Shown here: positions 49,031 through 61,540 of the stretch, piece by piece
Layout: every line of letters begins with the position of its first letter
Numbering within the stretch: position 1 is the first letter of the stretch
Source of the DNA: Raillietiella orientalis
Lineage: Eukaryota
Direction of reading: 5' to 3'
Assembly (NCBI GenBank): GCA_036172245.1
Contig: JAYWIR010000062.1
Span: forward strand, 434,001-498,000
Length of the DNA stretch: 64,000 bases
Made by a program: the position numbers and the translations under genes
The notes under the pieces: generated by a model
What the model was told of the DNA's origin: nothing
The model's input: the letters and a program-made list of their open reading frames with translations, nothing else
Databases searched by the model: none

Positions 49031-50859
49031 CATCCTAGGCTGCATTAATTTCCAATACGTAGTAATATCAGCGCAATAGTTGTGTAATGAAATTAATTGA
49101 TGCAGAAGATTCAGTTTCATGATAAGAATCGGCAAAGACAACTGAAATCATAAATGCACCAGCATCAAAAAATTATCGGAAGACAAAGCAAAAAACGGAA
49201 AATATTGCTTCACAGAAACAAGTGTTACCAGGCAAGGTATTTTTCTTACAAAATTGCCAGATGGGGATCGAAACTTCTGAATGCCGACCAGCCCTAGCCA
49301 TAGTTGTAAAGCAAACAGTTTGGTGCGTATCGCTGGACCTGAATTGCAATTTCACTGCCTGAAGAGCAGAGATCGAAACTCCTGTTTGCAGTGGCCAAGT
49401 GTAAGTCACTGCAGGCACAGTTAGAAGTGCCAACTGTTTGTAACAATCACAAAGCATGCATGTACACAGTAAAAATTAGAAAGAATGTGAAAATTGCTTG
49501 ACAAAGAGGTGTATTAACCTCTGCAAAAAAAAAGTACAGGATATGTGGAACCCAGTACTTTTTCTGCTTATTTCAATTCAGTTCTGTTAATCGCGGAGGT
49601 TCTGTTAATGCAAACAAATGCATGCAGCCTTCATGAAACATGGAATCGAATCATCCCAGGTGCAGTAGCCGGCTAAACTTTGTTCGGTCGTTCCACATCC
49701 CGAGAAAAGGTTTTTGGACATTCCTGATCTAATGTGAGATTATAGATGATGAGATTATCGATGTCATCATCCACACAGATTGTATGTTTGCCGTTTTTCC
49801 GATAATACCACATCTTGGCCGAAACTTTGATGGAGCTCCGTGCCACCAAAAAAAAAAAAAAACCAATCTATCAAATCAAATAATAGATTGAAGAATGGAA
49901 ATGCCAAAACTCATGGAATCACTGAGCATGCATAACCCATAAGCACACGGCGTCTGGTCCAGATTGCTCTTGCGGTCCGCTGGATGAAAGAAAAGATCGA
50001 CAACACGTAGTGATTTCCGAGTAAACGAACGCATCGTCCGGAGCACTTTTCATTCCCGGTTTGGTGAAAGCCCACGGGGTACGACCGGGGAGCAGCCCGT
50101 GACAACTGCAGTTATGTACAAATAGGGGGGAAATGAATGTCGTAGTGCTCTCGTGCACACACTTCAAAATTACGTGTACAATTTTTGCACGGTTCAGTAC
50201 TATGCCTGCAATTTTGCAACAAGTGTCTTGGGCACATCCGAATCCTGTTCAGTTTGATAAATTATTCGAAATGAATTCACAGTTGTTCCGTTTTGTCACC
50301 ATAAGCACTTTCGGTATGGTCACCTGCGATAAGTGTTGTGAATTTTTGGTTCCAAGCATTCCTTTTGACGTGGAAAAGCTTTAAATGTGCTGAAGTTCAT
50401 TCTAACAAGGCTGAATGTACACCATTCTAAGAGTGCACATTGAGGAACGCTTAGTAGGAGGGAGGGGAGTTGCAAGAGCAACACAACACTATAGTAGTTT
50501 GCAAAAATCGAGGAAAAGAAAAAAAAAATTGGGAACTAAAAAAATAAAAGTATTATAATTAAAGCCGAATGTTTCAATACGTTGATGTCTGCTACATTTA
50601 AATTCGACCTTAAATTACACACTACCTATAAACAAATTGCCAAACTCTTAAGGATTATCACAGAACTTGATGTATTGGATGTAGAAATGAATCAAAATCA
50701 GAAATCTGTTCAATGAATTTAAAATTTATTTCAATAGCTATAGTGCATTAAAAAATGCAAAGAACATTTTATGGAGTCCGTAAAATATAAATAAAAGCAT
50801 TAGGGATTTCCCAATGCATCCAGCATCAAAGAATACACATCATGTAATCTCAAACAATT

Positions 50860-51923
50860 TTATCTCCAGCGATAGTGAGCGAATGCACGATTAGCCTCGC
50901 ACTTGCGATGCAAATCCTGTTTTCTCCTAATTACACTCCCCTAAAACATAAGCATTCGTATATTACCTGACTCGTCAGATGTCACACTTGTAAGAAGGGA
51001 CTTACTTCATTATTACACGCATTAACCAATTCAGATGCTAATTTATCACAAAATGAGACCTTCATTTCTTTCTCGTTGGCAGATTCAATGATCCACTTGA
51101 CTGCCAGGAATTGGGCACGCTTTGGTGTTAGGGGGATTGGTATCTTCAACACAGCTTTTGAAGGAACTGTCTGATACAATATACCAACTACATACATTGT
51201 AAATCACTCCCCCCCTTCTGATTTCCTTGAGTTCCAACACTGGCTTGCAATTTTCCACAGCTTTACGTAAAACCACCTGAGGATTCACAACAACAGCATT
51301 TTTGTCTTCTGATGCAAGATATTTCTTCATTTGGATTCTTTTGATATTAAAAAACGTCTGATTTTTGTATAGCACATTGCAATAAAGATCATGTAAAAAA
51401 CCTGTGAGGTCACATCTAAAGATAGTTGTCTATTTCCTTTCTTCATGAGAGTATTCATAAAATAACTAACAATGAGAAGGGATGGGGAAAAGCATGATTA
51501 GTTAAGTACTACAATAATAAATATTGAAAGCACATCAATTAGCATGCAGAAGGAGGAAATTTCACTTATTGTGACTACCTAACAAGTGGATCCCGAAATA
51601 CAGAAGTCGACTGTGAAGACTTGGCTGCTTTTACAGAAACAAAACTTTTGTGCCTATTTAAATCTTCGTCTTTTTCTGTTTTTTCCAATTCTTCAAAGTT
51701 TACTATTGGATCTTCATATCCAGGAGGATAATGGCCATAGTACCTAAGCAGAAACATTAAACATTATATACTTTTATGTATGAAAATCAATTTCACTAGC
51801 CACATTCCACATAAACTAAAAAAATTTCAATTTCAAATTTACCAAATGATTCTAGAACATTCATAGACATTAAAATATGCATTATATGTTTCACCTTAAT
51901 AAATTCCGTCCTCTTAACACTCC
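50860..51923 (-). CDS. MRPS7: Mitochondrial ribosomal protein S7 (uS7m); 5'-most exon uncertain
   Basis: Exonic peptides YYGHYPPGYEDP...SSQSTSVFRDPLV, TFFNIKRIQMKKY...NPQVVLRKAVENCKPVLELKEIRRGGVIY, IPIPLTPKRAQFLAVKWIIESA...DKLASELVNACNNE, GSVIRRKQDLHRKCEANRAFAHYRWR*; stop at 50862-50860. Confidence 0.93.
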
Positions 51924-54388
51924 TTAGGAATATTAATTAGAATATCAGCCTTGTTGCTTAAAAATCCTAGCAGTCATAACTTAGGAAATAATGTCATTAA
52001 TTATCCACTTCTAATACTAATTGCTTGAAAAGAGATCAGAGAGCAACAAACATTTTAACAAAAATGAAATGTCCAGAGGGATGGATTAAAAATATTGAAT
52101 ATTCCTTAATGATCTTCACAATTCACTTCTTGGAGAATTGCCAACTTTTAGTTACATGAAGAGGAACATGGAATTACACTATTCACCAACTCAACTTCTA
52201 ATAGCCCCAACATGATTAACTTTTTTTTTCCTCTTGCAAAACAGTTGTAATTCAAATACTTTGCAAAGAACACACCAATAATTTGGTTATAATTGATTTA
52301 CTATGAAACAATGGAGAAATATGTGCCTATTACCATTAAAATGAAAATGGATAACTGATAGGGTAAAATGAAATACAATCATTATGCAACCTCTCTAATA
52401 TCAATGCACAGAGTAGGCAGTTGCAAAATAAGAATGGGTATCAAAACCCATACAAAAAAAAAAAAAAAATACTTTTTTCGATATTCTCAGACTCATCTTT
52501 CCTATCAAATACAACTACCCAAACAAACTTTAATTTTAATGAATTTCTGAAACTAGAAAGCACAGAACTATAGTCAGTATGATACCAAAAATTGACAAGT
52601 TAAAAAGTTAATCATTCACCAAAGAAGTTGGATAAATTTATCGAGCTTCTTAATTCCTATGTGTTTTCATGTTCTCTGTACCAAAATGCCTTTAATCAAT
52701 TTTTTGACATTTTGTTTTACAACATTTAGCATACTTAAAGTGTGTACTAAGCAAACTACTTATTATGCATATTAAGGAAAAAATCCTAATGATTTGAAGG
52801 AAGTTGATCTACCATGAAACAATGATTTTTGAAAATGCTGTTCACTTGCTTGGTTTATAAATACCTTTACACATTTGTTATCTGCGTGCATTACGGCAGA
52901 GAACACACATAATTTCATAACGTAAAAAACTGTGAGCAATAACAGAATGATCACCTGGTGAAATTGAAGATAACGACCTACAACATTTTACAAAAATCAC
53001 TGCACAGTTGACTTGAAAAGCAAAATTCCACACAAAGCAATAGTACGACTGTTGTGTCAAACTAATGGACACCATTAATTTCAGGATTCCACTGTTTCTT
53101 AAATTGCTTTTTCATTACTTCCAAGTCATGATAGGCCAACTTGGAATCTGAACTAATTTGGTAAACGCTGGAAACGGATACCGGGAGTTCGGTTCTCAAA
53201 TACCGGATGTTTTCAAGAAAATTAAAACAGTGTGCAAAATAATCACGAGAGTCATACCTCACGAAAACTCCATGATACAAGCATTTCAGCTTGCTACAAA
53301 GCCCAGCTCCAGTCGCAGCGGTAAGCATCACGCTTGAATACCTTGAAAACTGCTAATGTTCATTAGTGAATCCAATGTAAAGATGCTTGGCTGCACACTC
53401 AAGATAGGCAGTTCCGGGCATCTGCTTAATGCAACGGAAAGTTACACACAGAGATGCGTGGAATTTTCCAGCCTCAAATCCTTTCCACGACAACCACACC
53501 GCACGACGAGCAAAGCTAAGGCGCCAGATGTAGGGTTGCCAGCTGTGTTGGAAGATATTCATAATCTGGCACGAATTTTGTTCACCTTGATGAGATTGCT
53601 AATTCAGTTAGCGTGTTTTTAAGATATCCCAATCACATTTATGGCGTTGGGTTAATAGTGAGAGTAATCATGGAGAGAACAGTGTAGATTCGATGTTCAA
53701 GACAAAACTTTGAAATTTGGGGTACAGGAATCGCAAGCAACTTACCCCAGCCAAAAAGCAGATAGCATCCGGTTACCGCACTAGCTGAGATGATTACCAA
53801 ATAACCCATCTCGCCCAAAATTTCGAAAATGCAATACTTAGTTAACAAAGATGTTATGTTAGCAGTGTGAAAAAGTAGCCCCAGTTATGACCCATGGTAT
53901 TCATGAAAACACACGAAAATGGGATACTTTAAGTTTATGACTGAACGCTATTCATATAAAATGTAAGCATGCTTTGTAACTTAGTCTACCTCATTGAGAA
54001 CTGGAAGATATGTCGATGAAACTTTCATGATAATGATGATTTTGTAACTTTTATGATAATTTTGTAATCTATACTGGAAATCCAATTCAATTGTTAGACA
54101 ACACAATAAAACACATAATCGGTGGTGAAGGACTTCCCTTTTATCAGCTACAAAACGCTTATCATAGAAAACTTGGATTCTTTTTTAATTTACACAAATC
54201 TCCTAAGGAAAATTGCAAAAAACAAAATACGAATATCAAACCAAACTGACAATATTGTTAGACCAAATAATTTTAGAAGACGCGTTAGTTATAGACTTCT
54301 ATTATCTTTGCATAAACAATTTACAGATATTTTTCAATCAGTAATTGAGCTAGCGTCTTGACTACTTTTTTTTCATACCATTTCCTTG

Positions 54389-56141
54389 TCATGGACCTTC
54401 AATTCTTCGGTCACTAATTACAGTTAATGGTTTTCGATACTTGCTTCGACCCGTATTTTTCTTATAATGGACTAGTAACTTTTTCAGCTTCCCGTTTTCA
54501 TTTCTGAGTTGCATAATATCATCTTTCAGACATCCTATGTTGTAGATCTTTTGCTTGGTGTTTTGATGACTTAATAACTTCAAATAACGACTTTGCAAGT
54601 TTCTGAATTCTTCTTCTGTTATGATAGGCTTTATCAATAAAGGATGGACTTGTGCTCTAGATTTAATTTCCGTGTGATAATTCTTCCATATCTCCATCTG
54701 TTCCATGGCACTTTGGTACTGATTCTGTTGTTCCAACATGCACTGGTATAACTCATCAAACCAATGTTGATAAGTGGCAGCTGTGTGTTGGCCTTTCTTT
54801 GATACAACCTGAAGTTCTTCTTCTACTGTTTCAAGCTTTAAACTTAAACTGATAATTTCTTGTTCGGCACAGTGCTGTCCCTGATGAGCGAACTTCAATT
54901 CCAATTCAAGATTTCTTAATGATACATCTTTATTGTCCAGCAATTTTGTTAGTTGCTTAACATATTGTTGCAGGATTTCTGCTTTTTTCTCTGTGTTCGA
55001 ATTCTGATCCTGGATGATTGATTGCAGATGCTGAATCCTTGATTCTTGCTTTGCTATTATTTCTTCCTTTTTTTGGAGTTTGTGATACAAGCATTCAGTA
55101 TGTTCCCGTGATTTCTGAGCCTCATCAATCGCATTTAACTTGCTTCCCCTCAGAAGATCACGGAGAACAATGAAATTGTTTTCAAGACGAACAATTTCTC
55201 CTTCTGCTGACTCACAATGCTGCTCTTGAACATTGTTTTTTCTCTCAGTGTCTTGTAATAAACTCCATAGTATTTCCATATGTTCCCTCATTTGAGTATT
55301 TTGCTCCTGCAGTAGGCTCATTTCCTTCTCTAGACGTACTTCCTGATGTTCCTTTTCAGCCTGAGTGTCAGGTAGCAATGGCTTTTCAGTTCTGTTTTCT
55401 TTTTCCACATGTGTTCGTGTTTCATTCGAAGTAGACTGCAAAGCATTCAAAACAAATCAACCATCAATTACTGACCTTAAATGGTGTTTCATTACAGATT
55501 CGCCTTTTAAGAGGAGTACAGACATTTGACTGAAAAAAATCAAATTCAATTTTGCATATTTGAAAAGTTTATCACTCACTTTCGGTCTATTAGATGCACT
55601 AAAGTTTTCAAAAGCTTGGCAAACTGTGCCTTCCATTTCCGGCAAGAGATTTCTGAATCGCTCAGATTTATCAAAACTTGGAATACACACATGGTAACTG
55701 TCTTTAGGATTATACCGTCCAGGAGAGGGAACACAATCTTGGTGTCAAAGTAAAACATTATTAATTGTATAGTTTATAAATCTCAAAAATAAAAAAATTG
55801 GTAACTATTTCCATGTCTCCAATAAAACCAAATACTAAATCGTAAGAATGAAATTGCAATGAGCAAAGCATTCCAGAAATTCTTGTTGGATTCTTAAAAG
55901 TTTCCAAAGGACTATTAAGGATGCTGGTAAATATTAAAAATCTATATACCATATATCTGTACATAAATTTTTTACGTTCAATTAAACAATATTCCCATGA
56001 GCAATGAATCTTTCAACGCAAAAGTACAAATAATTACAATTTGTTTATTCGGAATGAATACGTAACTGATGAATTACTTGGTTCGTTTTACTTACTTGTT
56101 TTTTCATTAAATCGTTTTACTTTAGACTTCGAAAACGACAT
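54389..56141 (-). CDS. HMMR: Hyaluronan-mediated motility receptor (RHAMM) orthologue, coiled-coil spindle protein, 434 aa as modelled
   Basis: Exons 56141-56096 (MSFSKSKVKRFNEKT), 55737-55580 (NCVPSPGRYNPKD..SFDKSERF), 55529-55476 and 55435-54389. These match the HMMR N-terminus (MSFxKAxLKRFN..CAPSPGxY..SFxKSxRF) and the C-terminal basic leucine-zipper motif YLKLLSHQNTKQKI..LKDD..LRNEN.KL. Confidence 0.88.
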
Positions 56142-58163
56142 TCTAGAACGTACTAACAAACAGACAGCAAGCCTGTTTATGATGGCTTAAATAACCAAAT
56201 ATTCAATTGTTTCAAAAGGTAACTACACACTAAAACTCGTATATTAAATCTTCACCTCAACTCCTTATTCCAAACAATTTTTTGAAAACATACACAAACT
56301 GAAAACCAATCACAAAATGGAAAAATATGACGTATATTTTTTGTAGGATTACCACATAAATTGGTGGGATACAAAAATTTTTATATGATATTTCGTTTCT
56401 TCATTAGTTTTGGTTCCTAGATGAGATCAAATTCAAAACATTCTATAGAGACAAATTTGTTCAATTTTGGTAAGAATTTTTGTATGGGATGGATTTTTTT
56501 CGAATGATACTACATCTTGTGAAAGAAAATGAATACACACTTGATAAAATCAGCAAGCGAGATTTTCAAACTTTTTCCAGACGGCAGCTTGATGGCGAGC
56601 AAACGATTCCCAAATCTCTTGTATTTTATTAATAAGACGAGAAATATTCTATTTACAAGATTTCATGCAGTTCCATTCTCATATATTTTAAAATGGTTTT
56701 CTGTCAAAATCACTCCCTCTCTAGGGCTCAGTAGAAAATTTTTCTTTGATTATAAAAATATAATACTTGTAATTAGATAAACCCAAATTTCGATTGACAA
56801 TTTTTCTTCCTTAATTGACAATGGAAAATTCCTTATGTACCTTCAGTCATAATATAAGCGAAAATGCCATTAAATTTCTCAAATTTTGTCGAGATGTCCA
56901 GATTCCTTGCATTCATGCTGAAATATGAAATTAGGACACGTAAAACGGAATATGATTACATTCTTGTATTTTCCAGAAATTGCATAAGGAAATCTAACCA
57001 TGGAATCAAGTCTATGTTCACAAAGTTGCAAACCCTCCACACATACTCAATAATAAGAAAAACTACATTTAGAAAATATTTATTTCAAAATATTAATTTG
57101 CTAATAATATAGTGTGGTCTGAGGATGAGATGGAATCGGTGGATCAATGGGAAATTTTCATTTACTTTACCTAAAAAGGTAAAGTAAGCAAAAATTTTAC
57201 CTCATAAAAGCCAACATTGCTTGAAGAAAATACGTTCAGCATTTCAAATTTCTCATGCATATGCTTTTGGATGATTCATTTGAAATACTGAACGCGTTTT
57301 CTTCAGTTAATGTTTGCTTTTGTGATTTCCATCACACCTTTTGCTGACACACCCGCATATATCAGATGCTATAAGATAGATACATATATACATCATGTTC
57401 TTTTTACAAATATACACGATTTCATGTATATTTGTAAATTGTGAGTCATTGCTTATGAAGTCTGTAAAATTTTGTAAAATTTCATGTGTGTGTGTGTACT
57501 GTATAACCCTTTCGAGAGTATTAATTTGCAGAATTAACTGAGCCGTCAATTTTTCTCTAAACACCTTTTATGTATCTTTCTTCATACTCCCAGATATAGT
57601 TCATTGAATTAATCAAATTGTTATAAGAGCAAAGGTGAAATATGAATACAGAGGAATTTCGTCTGTCATTTTCAATGAATCTCAATTCGTTTCTGCTCAT
57701 ATTCTGATTAATTTTCTCAGAACCACTTCTGATTCTATGTAAAATGAATAGATATTTTCTACTGTAGGTATTCCTTTAAGTCCTTCTGTTGAGGAACTGG
57801 AAACTGTATTTGTACTTGGCAGCTCTTAACTCGATTACTGTGTTTGCTCATGTCGCATGCAGTAGCTATTCTGTAACGGCACGTTACTTTGTAAACAGAA
57901 AGCACGCGCTTGGCTTTTGAAGTTGTCAAAAGAATGCTTCGTTCTTGACAAGCAGGCAGACAACGGTGCAGTTTTGATATTTCTGTTGGTTTGATTAAGG
58001 ACGTTGTGTGTTATACTTTACTGTAATTGATATTATGTAATTGTTTGAGCAAATACTTTATGAACAATAGTGCAGACAGATTTCGATTATAGGTTTCAGA
58101 TTGTCTTGCAAGTGCAATGCTGAGTGTGTTTATATCTTTTGACCTATGATGTCTACTGCAGTA

Positions 58164-60031
58164 ATGTCACTTTACGACGACATTGTAGTTAACATACAGG
58201 AAACTGTTAATATCACTGCTCCAGTTGAAAAAGAAAAAACACAGCCTTCCCCCATATGGAATTCGGGCATAAAGCTTCTTCAAACACAATTACAGCTGAA
58301 AAAAGCAAGCTTAACTCAAGTAATAAGAACTTTTGCGCAAGTTTCTGATTAATAGATGAAACTATAAATTCATTCATTTTTAAATATTATTTTAGAGTTT
58401 ATCTTTTTATTATATTTATTTCAAGTCTTAGCTTGGTATTATAATCCACTACTCGTGTAACAACTATCAGGAGTGAATTGTCTAAGAAATTACGGAATTT
58501 GCTGTAAATTTATAATGTTTTAAAAAACTGTTTTAAGAATAATTGTGTTTATCCTAATATTATGGGCTTTTAGAACCGTAAGGAGCAATTCCGAAGACCT
58601 ACTCAGTGTTTAGCACCAGTGATAGACCTGAAAGCTAAGAAAGATGAGGAAGGTTTTGGTTTACATGTACAAGTCAAAAAAGATGAAAAGGTGCTTTGCA
58701 GTAAGAGTTTAAACCTATCATGAAAAAACAAAAAAGAATTCATTTGTTCTTCATGAGACAAGTAGACATGTTTAGTCTTATACCCAGTAACTTGAGAAAC
58801 AGAAACCATCAAATACCGTTTTTCTTATTAAATATATCTTTTCTATAGGAGGATGAAAACATGACTGATACTAGTCATTTTGTTGAGGGTGACCCTGACT
58901 GGATTGTTGATGATGAATATGATCCTTTCTGGCCAAATGATTATGAAAAAGTAGTCAGTGGTATGTTTAAAAAAAAAAAACACAAAAAAACAAAAAACTA
59001 CAATCTGATACATTTAACCATAAGAAATGCATGAACAAGTTGAAAGAGAACGTGCTAAAGAGGAGGAAGAAAGAAAAAGGAAAGAAACTGAAGAAAGAGA
59101 GAAGCGGAAAAGGGAACGATACAATGAAGATCGTTGTTCTGGTTTCAGCAGAATACGAGAATGTGAGGAAGATGAGGAAACTGAAAAGCCAAAACATGCT
59201 GGTAAAGACTCCAAACTGAAACATCTCTAAAGTTAAATTAGGCCTGGGTGCTGCTATTGCTCCCCCTCCTTCCTTGGTTGAACAGCCAATAAATGGCAGT
59301 GAAAAAGAAGCTGCTCACCCAGCCAAAGGATTTACAGGAATAGGAGCTTCTTCAGTTGCAGCAAAGATAATGGCGAGATATGGGTTTAAGGTAGAAGTGG
59401 AAATCTGTAGCCATGCTTGTCACATGCTTTTTAAAATATGTAGGAAGGACAGGGTTTGGGTAAACAAGAACAAGGTATTGCTACAGCTCTTGCTGTAGAA
59501 AAAACAAGTAAACGAGGGGGGCGAATTATTGATGCCAAAGAACTTATGCCACCCAATACTCCTCCAATGGCTGGTAGTGATCCTCAAAAACAGGAACCAA
59601 CAATTACAGAAATAATGAAAAACCCATCTAAAATAGTTTTACTAAGAGTATGTAAAAATTGTGGTGTAATGATGGATTGGTCTGAATGCAATGCTTCAAA
59701 TTATTTTTAGAATATGGTGGGCCCTGGAGAAGTTGATCAAGATCTTGAGCCTGAAGTGAAAGATGAATGTCACACTAAATATGGAGATGTCAATCAAGTA
59801 ATAATTTTTGAGCTCCCTAGCAGATCTGAAGACGAAGCAGTGCGTATTTTTGTGGAATTCAAGAGGATCGAATCTGCCATCAAAGGTACTGAATGCTTTG
59901 TAATGAATGGAAATGATGCTGATTTAATACTAGCTGTTGTGGATCTAAATGGACGATTCTTTGGTGGTCGTCAAGTGAAAGCTGGATTTTATGATGTGGA
60001 AAGTTTTCAGAATTTACAGTTGGCAGAATGA
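58164..60031 (+). CDS. RBM17: Splicing factor 45 (RNA-binding motif protein 17)
   Basis: MSLYDD start, WNSGIKLLQTQLQLKKA, DEYDPFWPNDYEKVV (SPF45 motif), GAAIAPPPSL, G-patch VAAKIMARYGFKEGQGLGKQEQGI, and UHM domain KIVLLRNMVGPGEVD..RIFVEF..DLNGRFFGGR; about 8 exons. Confidence 0.96.
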
Positions 60032-60267
60032 TGGGAAATCATTTATTAGACATACTGCTGCTACCTTTCTTGGTTAAAATTCAAAGACTGAATTGGCATA
60101 ATGAAGCATGTTCCACAGAACAAGCTGTACCAGCATAAGTGGACTTCTTACAAGGTGTAGATGTGTATGATATGGAACTGTTGGGATCCAAGACAGGAAA
60201 CTCTAATTTAGCTGTGCCTAAGAACATAAAGCATATTCCGATTACAATTTCGTAATAATAATATAAT

Positions 60268-60307
<40 letters not shown>

Positions 60308-61540
60308 CTATCTTGTTACAAATGAACCAGTCATTCTTTTACCTTTAATCATGCTAAGGAAGAGCTGATGGAAATCTGCCAGCTCTTTGCTTAAAATTTC
60401 AGTGGAATGGCTATCAGATACAGGCAGTTCATGCAATCCAGCCTGCAGCCTAGCGTGTGTGTCTCTGACGCTGTATGTACCTGCCTGAACAGGAAGGCAC
60501 ATTAGTGAAAGTTTCTTGTGAAGCAACAGAGTCAGTATAGGTGTTGAATTTCCTATTGTTGCTTATGTATGATCCACACAGAAATAAGAAAAAGAACTAA
60601 AGACAGCAACAAGCAATTAGCATGCATTGTCAGCCATTATACAATGCAAGAATAGAGTTACACTGTTCAGCATGCCAAGAAAAAGCAAATCGATTCTGCT
60701 CATGCTGCCTAAGCTTTGCTTGCAATCAATCATTCATTTCTTACTTGATTGGTTATGATAGCACTGGAGTTTTCCTTTTGATATGCTTCAGCATTTGAGA
60801 AGTTTACGTTTTCAGGATTGGATTGTAAAGTAAAGATCACTTGAGCTGATTCAGGTTCTAACAAAGATAGTCCGTGGGAAGCAAACTTATCTTTTCTCAT
60901 TATTTCAAGCTTTCCAGTGGATCCCAAGATGCGTTCATGACTATCACCTTTATTTACATTATCTTTCTTTGCAACTATGAGAGGTTTATTAGGAGGAACT
61001 GGAGGAGGAGTTCCTCTTCCAAGAAATACTTGTTTTTTGTTAAAGGCATAAGCAGCAGTTGAAGCAGAATTACTAGATGTGACTTTGCCAAAAGTACCAC
61101 CCGTTTTCACTGTTACAGTCACTGGAGTCCGACAATTAGGCAGTGTTCGAAGACTGGATGAAAATTTATCATGCTCGAAAGTCATATTTTCGGGAGTTTC
61201 CATAAAATTTGCACTTGGTATCCAGGAACCACTTGCAAAATGCATCACCTCTGGGTTTGACAAATGAGCACTTGGTTTCACCGCAGTACTTGGGAATGAT
61301 CTAGATTGAAAGTTGTGGGCAATTCCAGCTGCTATCAATGTACCAGATAAAAAGGAACAAAACATTATAAACAATTATACCTTGTCCTATTAATGGAGGG
61401 GTAGATATAGAAGTAGATGGTTGAATGGTTTTCATTAAACTATTGCATGCAGAATATCCTGAACAAACATCTTCAGAATTTCTTAAGGAGTTGCATTTGG
61501 TCCCAACAGCAGGAGATATTGGTAAAGGGAGACCTGGCAC
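60308..61540 (-). CDS. 3' exons of a CTTNBP2/CTTNBP2NL (Nausicaa)-like protein; 5' coiled-coil exons not identified in window
   Basis: Ser/Pro-rich exons with GRGTPPPVPPNKP (cf. the CTTNBP2-family cortactin-SH3-binding motif RGNPPPIPPKKP) and a terminal exon EILSKELADFHQLFLSM, which resembles arthropod family C-termini as I recall them. Confidence 0.6.

Noticed and set aside
49560..49620. Repeated GTTCTGTTAAT suggesting a pogo/Tigger-type MITE end
   Set aside because: No matching second terminal repeat or TA target duplication found.
56211..56216. CHR-like TTTGAA about 70 nt upstream of the HMMR start
   Set aside because: Fits a cell-cycle gene, but the hexamer is common in AT-rich DNA and the transcription start is unknown.
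60275..60302. Long poly(A) run between RBM17 and the CTTNBP2NL-like gene as a retrocopy tail
   Set aside because: RBM17 retains its introns and no target-site duplication is visible; treated as a simple homopolymer.
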